From: Haliotis rubra
Lineage: Eukaryota
Length of the DNA: 64,000 nt
Assembly: GCF_003918875.1 (NCBI RefSeq)
Contig: NW_025767679.1
Span: 248,001-312,000, forward strand
Reading direction: 5' to 3'
Shown here: piece by piece, positions 1 through 11,791 of the stretch
Layout: each line of letters opens with the position of its first letter
Position numbering within the stretch: position 1 is the stretch's first letter
Notes under the pieces: generated by a model
Told to the model about the DNA's origin: nothing
The model's database searches: none
Seen by the model: the letters and a program-made list of their open reading frames with translations, nothing else
Made by a program: the position numbers and the translations under genes

Positions 1-1204
1 CCCCTTTCCTTCTCATGTTTCAAAGATTTTTAAAAGGTATAATTGAAAAAAAAATGTTGCATTATTATGTATTGATCGGGGCAAAAAGCTTTAATCATCC
101 TGATTGGAAAGAGCTACTTCTCCCGCTCCTTTGAGTTACGTTTCCATTAGCAACACAGTTTTCCTTAATTTTGTGGGATTTTTTGCCTTTGTTTTGAGTG
201 ATACTTTTAAAAAGTAGATTCTCTGCTAATTCTGTAGCCGTTCCACATCGATGGGTTGTTTAAAGGTTTTGCTTGAAATATCCCTCATACCCATCACTGC
301 ATTAACACGTTGTGAGAAAAAAATGCATATTTTATTCTGGTTTTCATTCGTTGTTAGCTGAAGCAAAGGTAATTTACGTACCCATCTTTTATTCAAAGGT
401 CAAGGTCACTTTAAAGGTCATACCCAAGGAGAGATTGCTAAGATTGTAAAACAATTTCTATGGAGGCTAAAACGTTATATGTCACACTTGTGGTTGGTTT
501 CGAAGTGTTTTGTTTGTAAATGACTTTCAAATTCTTTTTGGTCACTTTGAAGGTCGCACGAAGATGAACCTTTGGATGAAATTTTCCTTTCTTCTGGGTG
601 TATGATTTGAGGGATGGAGGTCGCTCGACAATTTTTTAAAACATTTTATTAATGTGAAGATTTACCTAAATCATATTGTACCAACCCAAGTAAATCTAAA
701 TTCAAATTCCCCATGTCATCACCAGACTGTAAACTTATCAATAATTTAGCTAGCTTTATTTATCATGCAATGCATCTAAGATGTAAAACTTATTCATTTG
801 TACTGTACACACCATGTTTTGCCATGTACAATGTAACCTATGTAGTTATAGGCCGTGGGCCTACACTTCTGTAATATAGAACTGAACGTACATTGTATAA
901 TGTGAAGGTCCCGCCAGCGTTATCAACATTATCACATGTAACTATGGTGATTGAGTATTAAACACATGCGACGCCTATGTGACCTAGATTTGTGACGGAA
1001 GTGTTGGTTCGTCACAAGGTCCAACTGTTATTCCCGCAGGGTAACAATTTGTTGTCCATTCCTGCTGGTCCGCGTCGTAATATTGCTGAAATATTCAATA
1101 CGTAAAACGATACCTACTTACAATATCCATTGGTGAATGCATTCCCATACAGTGCAAGCTCGGTATATCAGCCCATAATCTTAATCTCATGTACCATTGC
1201 ATTT

Positions 1205-1554
1205 GCGACCGCCTCCGTCGTGTAGTAGTTAGAGCATCCGCCCGGAGAGCGGAAGGTCGCGGGTTCGATCCCCGACCGCGTCATACCAAAAGACGTTAAA
1301 ATGGTACTTGTTGGTCCCTGCCTGGCGCTCGGGATTAATGGGTACAACAAGGACTGGTCGGCTCGGAGTCAGTATAATGTGTCTGAGTGGGGTATTCATG
1401 CTTCACTGTGTCATGGTATCTCAGTGGGCTAGCACTATAAAACCAGCTTAAGTCTGGGCTAGTACAGGCAGCCGCACATACACACACGCGTGCACGTCGT
1501 CATATGAGCGAAATTTTCTCAAGCACGACGTTAAACCCAATTTCACCTCACCTC
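1205..1554 (+). mobile_element. Full-length tRNA-headed SINE (family C), MetaSINE-like central domain
   Basis: Pol III A-box-like GTGTAGTAGTTAG and B-box GGTTCGATCC. Central CATACCAAAAGACGTTAAAATGGTACTTGTTGGTCCCTGCCTGGCGCTC resembles the Meta domain. Tail GCACGACGTTAAACCC+(CACCT)n. 12-bp TSD ACCATTGCATTT at 1193-1204 and 1555-1566. Confidence 0.85.
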
Positions 1555-1672
1555 ACCATTGCATTTCAATAGACACCGTCATATCGATATGATAATGTTC
1601 GCAACTTGTCGCTTCTAACCATGACTAACAGCTCAGTCACTTCCTTACGGTTTACATTTTACACAATATGTC

Positions 1673-1834
1673 GGGGCGGTGGGGTAGCGTTGTGGTTAAA
1701 GCGTCCGCTCCTCACGCCGAAGACCCAGGTTCGAATTCCCACATTGGTACAATGTGTGAAGCCCAATTCTGGTGTCCCCCGCCGTGATATTTCTGGAATA
1801 TTGCTTAAAGCGGCGTAAACCATACTCACTCACT
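1673..1834 (+). mobile_element. tRNA(Asp)-derived SINE, family A
   Basis: GGGGCGGTGGGGTAGC..GTGGTTAAAGCG head with a GGTTCGA B-box, body CACATTGGTACAATGTGTGAAGCCCA, tail GGAATATTGCTTAAAGCGGCGTAAA+(CACT)n. TSD CACAATAT at 1662-1669 and 1835-1842. The family consensus GTCACGCCGAAGACCCGGGTTCGATTCCCC matches the 3' half of tRNA-Asp(GTC). Confidence 0.85.
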
Positions 1835-3128
1835 CACAATATTTCATCACGCCAAAGACCTACCATTGATGTGTACGAGGAATTGGTCATGAAAATTCTG
1901 AATTTCATATCAGTGGGATGATAAAAGCCATTTCAAAATCTTAAAATGTTCAATGTAAAATGAGTATTCAAATCATTTCATAGTTGCTTGCTCGGTATTG
2001 AATCGAATTTTTTTGACTGTAACAGTAAGAATGTGCCATATTTGTAGCAGTGAGGTTCTGATGGTGCTTGATGTTGTCCAGTGTGTAAACTGTACCTGTC
2101 ATTTCACTTAACCTGGATGCAAACACTTTTGTTAAACAACTTTCAAGTGTATACTTTTTTGTCTGTATATTTATTTTGCTGGTATTAAATGTTTTCGTAA
2201 CTTGCAAAGTGATAATGATAAACTCTTCACATGTCTCTTTGGGTCTCTTCACATGGTCTCTTACGGGTTTGTACGAGCTGAAGGCTGTCACACACCTCTT
2301 CACAGTCATCAGTGCCAGGTAACTGTGGCTGGTAAAATCCCGTATATCCTTCAGCGACGTGTATACGAATTATGTGATCAATTACAGGAATGGACATCAT
2401 GTACCGTCACATCTAAGTTTATTTTTCTAAGAATCTATATTTCTCTTTGGTAATGTATGTTCAAAGAAAGTAATAGAGGACATTTCCAATCGTGACGCGC
2501 AAGTGACAAAGATTATATCCGATGCAGTACCCTTTTTTGTCATAAACCATTTTTGCCCGTGCTTTACATGTGAATAATTGACCTGCCCTTGCATGTCTTT
2601 GTGACTGGTGCAACCGGTAGACAGGATACGTTTATCGTTTTTAGCAAACACCTCGCGTCCACTATATGATAGTGCTATGCTATGCTATGTATGATTTGGA
2701 ATCGAGCAGTGGAATTTGAGTTTATCAGAGATTTCTTATGAAACTGGAATCTTTAGCTGATTTTAGCCTTCTCTAATATTGGTCCGTAGCTACCATAGAC
2801 AGGGTATGAAACAGAAACGATTAGGACGAATTTGTCATCAAAACCTGCCGTAGGGCTTTTTCTGTTTGAAGTTCCTTTATGAGAGGAACTGTAACGGGAT
2901 ATCTCTGAAAACAAAACCATCAATGATTTTATCCTTGCCATGCTCATAATACACACAAGTTACATTTATTACCACTTCAAGTTTCTAGATCTCATATTAT
3001 AATGCCCACTGATTTAATGAAATCTTTCTAACCATCCATAATTAGATCTCAACATCGATGTTGTAAATGAGGATGGATGGACACAAACAAGGCTTGGTAT
3101 TTCCTCCGAAAAATGAAATTAATATTGA

Positions 3129-3923
3129 TTACAAACAAAAGAGTACCGGAATGTTCTGCTGTCTCAGGAAATCTGTCACAACACGAGCGACATGTGGACG
3201 TGCATTATCTTGCTGAAGCGTGAAGTTACCTCTCTGTCCTTGAATGAACGGCTGCACATGAGGCCCAATGATCTCATCCCTGTATCGCAGACCTGTCAGA
3301 TTGCCATTGACAATGACAAGTTGTGTCCGACCATGAGATGTGATGACTCCCCATACCATAACGCTTTCGCCACCAAACTGTCGACGTTGAACAACGCACG
3401 CGTCAGCATACCGTTCACCTCGCCGTCTGTACACCCTTGCCCTGCCATCTGAGCTGTCCAGATGAAATCTCGACTCGTCAGTGAACAAAACACCATCCCA
3501 ATCTAGTCTCCTGTACCGTAGATGCTGTCTGCACCAGGCAAGACGTGCCTGTCGGTGACGTTGGAGCAAAATTGGACGTATTGCAGGCCGTCGGGGCCGG
3601 ATGTTGTGCTCACTCAGTCGGTTCCGTACAGTCCTGGAACTGATTGGACGTAAGCCAGGAATGGTCCGAGCAGTCAAACTGGCAGTCTGGAATCGATTCC
3701 TTAGATGGGTCAGCCGAATGTGGTTGTCTTGCTGACGTGACGTCAAGCGTGGACGGCCGGTCCGAAGCAAATCTCTCGTGTTCCCATTATGTTGAAAACG
3801 TCCTCATAGAGATGAGATCGTGTTTCGACGGACACCAAAATGTCTGGCCACTTCATTTTGGGCCATTCCAGTCTCCAGCATACCCACGGCGCGGAGACGC
3901 TGATTTTCTGTAAGCCGTGGCAT
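3129..3923 (-). pseudogene. Tc1-family (DD34E) transposase pseudogene, 3'-truncated
   Basis: ATG at 3923 gives MPRLTENQRLRAVGML..., with a premature TGA at 3806-3804. It continues GRPRLTS, HTH region (SRTVRNRL), FTDESRF (first D), VMVWG and LQQDNARPH (second D). Homology stops at QQNIPVL, before the expected WPARSPDLNPIE motif and catalytic E. Confidence 0.92.
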
Positions 3924-5296
3924 GACGTACGCGCAGTTTAGGTTGAAATTAACGTGTTTTCCACAACATTCAGAGGCTAGAGAATAATCAACCGTTCTTC
4001 AATTTTCAATATCAGGTGTGTGAACTTCAGGTGTCAAAAGCATGCAAAAAGTGAGTAAGTTCATTGTGCACAAAGTGCACGTGCCACGCGCGATATACTG
4101 AAAATGTACGTATTGAACGAAATGCTAAATATGTTTGTGTTATCCTTGTTTATCCTTTCGTATAAATATTCAACGTCAGTGCAAAACACTACTGAATCTT
4201 TCCGGTCCCGAGAAACGTATTCCATTTTATGTAAAGGGCAAACAAGTAGATGAATAGATCACTGAAAATCAGTTATGACACCAGGTGTTTCTCGTTATTC
4301 ACTGTATACGATTTAGGACGTGATGAGTGGCCTTGTCGTAAAATGCGCCGAGTTGTGTCCCTTGAGCGTCCCAGACACCTGTGATCGGGAATTTGAATCT
4401 CGCATTGGTCCTGATTATGTTTATAGTTTGACAGCGTCATTGACAGCACCATCTGCATCACTCCATCATTGTCTTCATCACCAAGCTGACCACGCCATAA
4501 TTGACAAATACCCTCTCGCTCTTACAGTTGTAATGAAAATCCTTTGGAGCAATTTCAACTGAACTTCACAATATACAATCTTACAATCAAAATTATTTAG
4601 GTCATATGAAATATTGACTTGCATACGCGTTTTCGGATTCAAATCTTAAAATAAGTATGGATAATTACATCATATAATTTATTCATATTCGAAGTCATCG
4701 AAAGTTCAAGATTCATTATAGGTATATTTATTGGACCTCGGGAGATGGTGATATGCACTAACAAGATATGCAGTATCGTGTTAAATTAGCTAGCTGATGA
4801 ATAAATTATACTTTCAACAGTTCATAGTCTTGTTTTGGTGGTCAGTTCCATCTAAACTGGGAAATCTAATTAAGTCTTGGTTGTCATCGTACATTGACGT
4901 TTACTGGTCTCTTAGTGATGGTGACACAGCTTGGTCTATTAAAGTTGGTCGGTTTACAGTTGCCATCAGCAGATGTAGCCGTGAGGGGAGACAGAAATAC
5001 GACTCCATCTGGGGACATACAGAGACGAGTGGTGGTCACTAACACTACACCGCATACGTCTTCTTCAACGTCGACGTCTGCAGTTTCTGACGTTGAAGAC
5101 ACCATTTCTATGTCGAGTTGCCACATTGATATTAATGTTAAACGAAACCTTTTGTCTAAAGTCCATTGTTATTGCTTTGCCTAACGAAGAGATTTCGATT
5201 CATGCATATAAAGAAACAGATCGGTAAAAGGTGATGCACAATTGGTCTTCGTGAAGATGTTCACTTCCAAAATAAATACCATATCTGTAAAATTCG

Positions 5297-6504
5297 CATG
5301 TATGAGAAAGACCTATATTGAAATATTTCTAAGTATACTTAGGTCGTCATTTACTTTTATTTTGGACAAATTGTCCCACATCTTTGAATACAGATGGGGC
5401 GGTTGCGTAGCCAAGTGGTTAAGTAGTGAAGACCTGGTTTCATGTATGAGAAAGTCCTATATTGAAATGTTTCTAAGTATACTTAGGTCGTCATTTACTT
5501 TTATTTTGGACAAATTGTCCCACATCTTTGAATACAGATGGGGCGGTTGCGTAGCCTAGTGGTGAAGTAGTGAAGACCTGGTTTCATGTATGAGAAAGTC
5601 CTATATTGAAATGTTTCTAAGTATACTTAGGTCGTCGTTTACTTTTATTTTGGACAAATTGTCCCACATCTTTGAATACAGATGGGGCGGTTGCGTAGCC
5701 TAGTGGTGAAGTAGTGAAGACCTGGTTTCATGTATGAGAAAGTCCTATATTGAAATATTTCTAAGTATACTTAGGTAGTCATTTACTTTTATTTTGGACA
5801 AATTGTCCCACATCTTTGAATACAGATGGGCGGTTGGGCAGCCTAGTGGTGAAGTAGTGAAGACCTGGTTTCATGTATGAGAAAGTCCTATATTGAAATA
5901 TTTCTAAGTATACTTAGGTCGTCATTTACTTTTATTTTGGACAAATTGTCCCACATCTTTGAATACAGATGGGGCGGTTGGGCAGCCTAGTGGTGAAGTA
6001 GTGAAGACCTGATTTCATGTATGAGAAAGTCCTATATTGAAATATTTCTAAGTATACTTAGGTTGTCATTTACTTTTTATTTTGGACAAATTGTCCCACA
6101 TCCAGACATCTTTGAATGATTTCAGATGGGGTCATTTAATTTTATTTTGACAAATTCATCCCACATCTTTGTTGGTTGGGTAGCTTAGTTGTGAAGTAGT
6201 GAAGACCTGATTTCATGTATGAGAAAGACCTATATTAAAATATTTCTAAGTATACTTAGGTTGTCATTTACTTTTTATTTTAGGCAAATTGTCCCACATC
6301 TTTGAATACAGATGGGCGGTTGGGTAGCCTAGTGGGGAAGTAGTGAAGACCTGGTTTCATGTATAAGAAAGTTCTATATTGAAATATTTCTAAGTATACT
6401 TAGGTCGTCGTTTACTTTTATTTTGGACAAATTGTCCCAAATCTTTGAATACAGATGGGGTCGGTTGGGTAGCCTAGTGGTGAAGTAGTGAAGACCTGGG
6501 TTCG
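5297..6504 (+). repeat. 144-bp tandem array (8 units): ~100 bp flank plus the deleted head of a family A SINE
   Basis: Units begin CATGTAT(G/A)AGAAAG at 5297, 5441, 5585, 5729, 5872, 6016, 6214 and 6358. Each ends with GGGGCGGTTG(C/G)GTAGCCTAGTGGTGAAGTAGTGAAGACCTGG. The unit at 6016 carries an internal ~54-bp rearrangement. Confidence 0.95.
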
Positions 6505-6810
6505 ATTATTATTATTATAGGATATTTATATAGCGCACATATCCACGCACTAGTGCATGCTCAAGGCGCTGGTATTTTTTCCCTAGATCATTGGATGTCA
6601 ATGTCAACTGCACATCGTATTAGCAATCTCAACTCCCTGGGGAGTATACAACTCTTGCTGCCACTAGGCGCACCGATTTATTGTGGCTTTCTCATCCTAA
6701 CGAGGTTTCACCACATGGTTACAATGTGTCAAGCACATTTCGGGTGCCCCCCGCCGTGATATTGCTGGAATATTGCTAAAAGCGGCGTAAAACCATACTC
6801 AATCACAGAT
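6457..6810 (+). mobile_element. Family A SINE interrupted by another element
   Basis: Head ends at GGGTTCGATT (~6507). Body resumes CCACATGGTTACAATGTGT at ~6711, with tail GCTGGAATATTGCTAAAAGCGGCGTAAAAC. TSD GAATACAGATG at ~6447-6457 and 6811-6821. Confidence 0.8.
6508..6706 (-). mobile_element. 5'-truncated SINE fragment with an L2-type 3' tail
   Basis: The minus strand reads ...GTATACTCCCCAGGGAGTTGAG...AGCGCCTTGAGCATGC...GTGCGCTATATAAAT..(TAA)n, the AGCGC..GCGCT stem plus short-repeat tail typical of L2-dependent SINEs. Confidence 0.6.
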
Positions 6811-7473
6811 GAATACAGATGACTGTATCTATGTCTCACCGCCTACAGTGAACAAAGCCCATGGCTCATGCTTTTAAGCTTTTACTTCAGTTTACCATGA
6901 AGTATAGTGTTGTGCAAAGTTGCAAAAATCGAATGTTTTGACATAATTTAACTTGGTTCCATTCGGAAAGTGCAGCAATTCAAGCAAATCCTTTGAGAAT
7001 CGACGCGATATTAACTCTACATGTGTCGAATACGTTTGGTGACTATAAAGAAAAACTTCCCTTGCTAATATTAAGGATTATTTGAGACAAGGATTTGGTG
7101 TAGATTGCTAGGTCGAACAATATATATCTCTTTGTATTTTTAAGGAGCTTCTGAATAAAGTATATACGCGGAATGGGCATGGCTTCGGGTTTAAGTGTGT
7201 AGCGAAATGTGTTGATTGTACTGATGCGTGGTTTGGGCAGAATCTGTTTTTACTCACATGATTTCGGCTTATACAAGAAGATACCACGTCACCAGACGAT
7301 CAGAAGAACCTCAATTGAATTCGAATCGCTTCATTCATAATAGACTGACAAGCCAATATCTGCTCCTGTATCAATCCGATGTATACAGAACTAATTCCAA
7401 GTGATCTTTAATAGAGAGACTGTCCTTTTTGTGAGAGTTACCATCTCCATCTTCATATTCATGGTCACGTCCA

Positions 7474-7606
7474 NNNNNNNNNNNNNNNNNNNNNNNNNNN
7501 NNNNNNNNNNNNNNNNNNNNNNNNNNNNNNNNNNNNNNNNNNNNNNNNNNNNNNNNNNNNNNNNNNNNNNNNNNNNNNNNNNNNNNNNNNNNNNNNNNNN
7601 NNNNNN
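7474..7606. other. Assembly gap (N run)
   Basis: Run of N, followed by a (CA)n microsatellite at ~7634-7661. Confidence 1.
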
Positions 7607-7915
7607 CAACATAACCAGCGCCAGCAGGAGACAACACACACACACACACACACAGACACACATTTGATACATATTACAACATAACCAAGGTCAGATGTCT
7701 GTGATGCCACTCTATATAATGTTTTTGTAATATTGTAAACAATATCTCCAAGCCCCATCAAGAAAATAAACAAACTGTAATCAAAAGGACACACGAAGGA
7801 AATGCACTTTATTATACAACGGCTAATGTTTCAGGTGCGATAAACTGATTCGATCCGATAAACAAGATGACACAGCAGAAACTACTTTCAAAATCTATAC
7901 ATCGATGAAATGCAA

Positions 7916-8052
7916 NNNNNNNNNNNNNNNNNNNNNNNNNNNNNNNNNNNNNNNNNNNNNNNNNNNNNNNNNNNNNNNNNNNNNNNNNNNNNNNNNNNNN
8001 NNNNNNNNNNNNNNNNNNNNNNNNNNNNNNNNNNNNNNNNNNNNNNNNNNNN
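7916..8052. other. Assembly gap (N run)
   Basis: Run of N, followed by (GT)n/(GA)n microsatellite sequence to ~8140. Confidence 1.
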
Positions 8053-9400
8053 GGATATACAAACGGGAGAGAGATAGTGTGCGTGAGTGTGTGTGTGTGT
8101 GAGAGAGAGTGTGTGTGTATGTATATGTGTGTGAGTGAGTAATTGTGTGAGGGGATGTGCATGCGGATGATTTACCAATTGTTGCTTAGCATTATTCAAA
8201 TGATTTTCCGCCGTTACTGTCAAATTCATCTCAGAACACAGTAGAAACCCCGGACCTCTGTATCTCAGCAAGGTCCCTATTGTCAACATAACTACAACAA
8301 CTGCGTGTCATCTAGGACACTTGGCCCTCGACTCTGTGATTGACGTTTTCTCTTCCACAAGCAAGTCCACAAGCAAGATCCATAATCCGAAACACTGTAT
8401 TCACCATGATAATCTCAACAACAACGACGGCGTCGACAAAGATAACGACGTCGACCATCATGATAATAACACTGCTGTAACCATAATACGTGTTCGTTGA
8501 TATGTGCTTAGCTGCCAGTTTCAATATAGAATTTAAACCAGTGGGCGGGATAATTAAGTTGTACATGACAACATATGCGTCATTGCAGCAACGATTAAAA
8601 ACTGTGTCTATCTTAAAGCACAGAATTATGGAACGCGATTATAGTTACACACAGTACAGCAATGTAAATATGTTTTTTATCAGTTCATCCTCGTGTTGCT
8701 CACAAAAAGGTCCATGTGTTTAATGAGTTGACGCTGAAGTTCATCGGAATGTTAAAATCATTATAAGGCACTTAGTAGTTGCCTGAGTAATACACAAACA
8801 ACCTTTACAAAGCTACACTGTTCAAACATAACGCTGTTTACTGAGAGTAAATGCGCGATCCTTTGTTTTTGTACGTTTCACAAAGTCTTCTTGAGACTGA
8901 CTGACTTTACAGTTCTGTATTGTAGCGAAGACTGAGCGCACAGCCCCATTAAAGATGTCGATAGTAGCATAACAGTTAATAGCATGTTTACAAAGCATGA
9001 TGAATGGATTTTGTAAATATCACTTAACCTTTACAACATGGCAGGATGTTAATTTATTGACAGTTAAAGCAAATGGTATTACTGATTTTATTCTAGATGC
9101 ATTTAGTTGATAATTTTTTGCTCTATCAAGCATGCATAAGTATTGTTAACTTTTAGAAATGTACCGAAAAAGATCTTTCATTACATGTTTATTACATATT
9201 CTTAGTGATATATTTAAAACAACTTTTTAAATCTGCACAGACAACTTTACTCAGTTGATGGATGTTCTTAAGGCCTTAAAAATGAGAAGACATATCTCGT
9301 GAACAATGGTACTGTAAAAAACAGGCATTAAATGTGTGCATACGAATATTTCACAACACATCTTAGTGTGGGGCGTATTTATCATATCTGATACATGTAC

Positions 9401-9587
9401 ACCCGTGAAGTTCCGGGTTAGAACTGGTCGTAAGTAACCAATGCTTGTCGTAAGGTTCACCTAACGGAATCGAATAGTCATTCTCGCTGACTTGGTTGAT
9501 GCATGTCGCCGTGCCCCAATTGTATAGATCGATGCTCATGATGTCAGGCACTGCATTGTCTGGTCCCGTCTCAATCATTTACAGACT
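9401..9587 (+). mobile_element. Family B SINE-like element (non-tRNA head), diverged, 3' tail missing
   Basis: ACCCGTGAAGTTCCGGGTTAGAACTGGTC..AACCAATGCTTGTCGTAAG..CTAACGG..CTCGCTGACTTGGTTGA..GATCGATGCTCATG..TTGTCTGGTCC, colinear with the copies at 11792, 41985 and 60381. Confidence 0.8.
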
Positions 9588-10435
9588 TTCGCTGTCTGTG
9601 TCTAAAAGTCGTGGAAAGCGTTAAAATATATGTTTTAATGAAATAACTGAAGAGTAGTGCTTCCTCGAAACGCTGAAATCGGATTAGAAATGTTTGGACT
9701 TAACCTTTCGGGGTTATTCGCTGTTCTTAAAATCCTAAATATGCTGAAAATACCCAAAGCTTCGTAATCATTCATAGACTCATCTGATAATTTCATCTCT
9801 TGGTTATACAGATCAAGCTGGTCAAACATGGGCTGCTACATTGGTCAAACATGATGTTTTCCGTAATCGTAAGAAATCTCTACTGAAAATATATGTCATT
9901 GTCAAAAGTTTATTTTTATTTATTTAAGTCATTTTAAATCTAGTTAAGACACATGTGTGCGTATCCTGCACCAGTGGAGCCACCTCTCACACACACATAT
10001 GCATTTCCATAAGCAAATACAATCACTTTACGATTCCGACTTCATCATAAGCATACGTATATGAATCAAATATCAAATAATGATGATACCAGGTGTTCAC
10101 GTAAAGGTGAGCATGTCATGTCCCAACACAAACATCCGTCATAAACACACGCAAACACAAGTAAATATTGTGACATACTTTTGTCACTTACGATTCAAAT
10201 GTGGAAATGACCTCGACATGTTTACCATAAAACTGTTTGAAAGCTTCACTCGGACCATGAATGGCCCGCTCCTGATGAAAAGCATTTGTAAAAGAGTCGT
10301 AGCTTTCTCTTTGCATTTTTCTTAGAATGATCATGTTCGATCGTACGTCAAAAGTTGTGAAATGCCAAATAATGGATCTGCTGAAATCTTGTCGGCGTAA
10401 AAGTAAACTAACTATTTGAGTCATCCCTCTTGAAA

Positions 10436-10537
10436 TATACTCATGCCAATAATGGTTGTCACCCCCCTTCCCACCCCATCCCCCCTCTCCAATAAAAAAA
10501 ATTGAAGGGGGTGACAACCATTATTGGCATGAGTATA
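10436..10537. mobile_element. ~100-bp Tc1/mariner-type mini-MITE (near-perfect hairpin)
   Basis: ~34-bp inverted arms TATACTCATGCCAATAATGGTTGTCACCCCC(C)TTC and GAAGGGGGTGACAACCATTATTGGCATGAGTATA, with TA at both ends. Confidence 0.75.
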
Positions 10538-11413
10538 CAATTTGTTTATCTCTCTGATTTTTTATACATAGGCCTAGATCTGAAATAGTTGACGCCGTTT
10601 CACATGTGTCTTTCATTTCTAGTTCAGAAGGTGACCGAGTGGAAGAGCTTTAGCAATAATTACACGACGAAGTACGAATCTGCATGTCTGATTACTACAT
10701 CACCTACAAGAGATATACCATTAACTGTTCTTCTTCAATGTGTCATTGATGGACCGCTCCTGTGATAAATATATTCATAACTTATTCAGGTCATATAAGT
10801 ACAAATGGTAACGAACTAAATCTTCACGATTATCGGATCACATGATTATCGGTTGATCAAATCACTTCACACTAAGGTCGACAGTGGCTGTCAATCCCTC
10901 GACCACTTCCATCTCCTGTAATCATATTCCAGTCATTCAGATTCGTTTCCTTCAGATCAATCAATCTTGAATATAGCTGTATAGATGTACCTACAGTTCA
11001 TAACGCCTGTTGAAAGCTGGTCAGTGGGTCGTCAGGTTTTCATGAATTCCGTGGTGATGCATTCAGTTTTCTTGCCAAACAAATCTTGAAAATATTTTTG
11101 GCTGTTTTCTCCCTGGCTTTGTTTGTTTCTTTTGTTGTTTAAGGTCGCATCCAGCAATATTCCAGCTATTTCTTCTTTCTAGTTCGTGGCAGCTCAAAGT
11201 TCGTGCTCGTGGTGAAGTCTAAAATTTGTATGACATCCGGGTTTCCTCATTGCTTGTGATATAACCGACATATATCTCAACGAAATTAACCAAATCCAGT
11301 GGCACAACGTCATTGAAATTATTGGCAGGATTTATACAAGATTTTGCAGTAGATGAATTCGTCGAAAGCATAACAATAACAATATAGAGTATTGTGATAG
11401 ATTTACGGTCAAC

Positions 11414-11572
11414 TAGGCGTGGGGTATCCTAATGGTTCAAGCGTCCGCTCGTCACGCTGGGGACCCGGGTTCGATTGCCCACATGGGTACAGTGTGTGAA
11501 GCCCAGGTGTCCCTAGCGTGATATTGCTGGAATATTGCTAAAAGCAGCGTAAAACCATACTCATTCACTCTC
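11414..11572 (+). mobile_element. Family A SINE
   Basis: tRNA head with GGGTTCGATT, common body and tail. 12-bp TSD TTTACGGTCAAC at 11402-11413 and 11573-11584. Confidence 0.88.
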
Positions 11573-11791
11573 TTTACGGTCAACACTGATAGTTAAAAGG
11601 GTGTATAAGTTCTTCCCTAATTTGGCAAATTTCCGTTCCACTGTAAGTTAGGAACCCATTTTGACGTCATTACCAGGGCGACACTGGAAATCGAAACTGG
11701 TTTTCATTTATCCACCCTATGGAGTTTAACACTAGACAGTGCCTTGTTGTCATTAATCACAATAGCATTATGTATGTTATGCACGTGAATT

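Noticed and set aside
1673-1745. tRNA-Asp gene (and similar heads in other copies, plus tRNA-like stretches near 4321, 55987 and 56840)
   Set aside because: There is no proper acceptor stem, and family A heads run into a SINE body and tail flanked by TSDs. The other stretches are too decayed to call.
3924-4240. Terminal inverted repeat of the Tc1 element
   Set aside because: The other end of the element is deleted and I could not identify a matching TIR pair.
4797-5184. Overlapping short ORFs in relatively GC-richer sequence
   Set aside because: No recognisable domain and no convincing paired splice sites.
8180-8566. Hydrophobic Val/Ile-rich ORF that might be a transmembrane exon
   Set aside because: The hydrophobic run comes from (ACA/ACG/ATG)n-like trinucleotide low complexity next to assembly gaps, and I recognise no homology.
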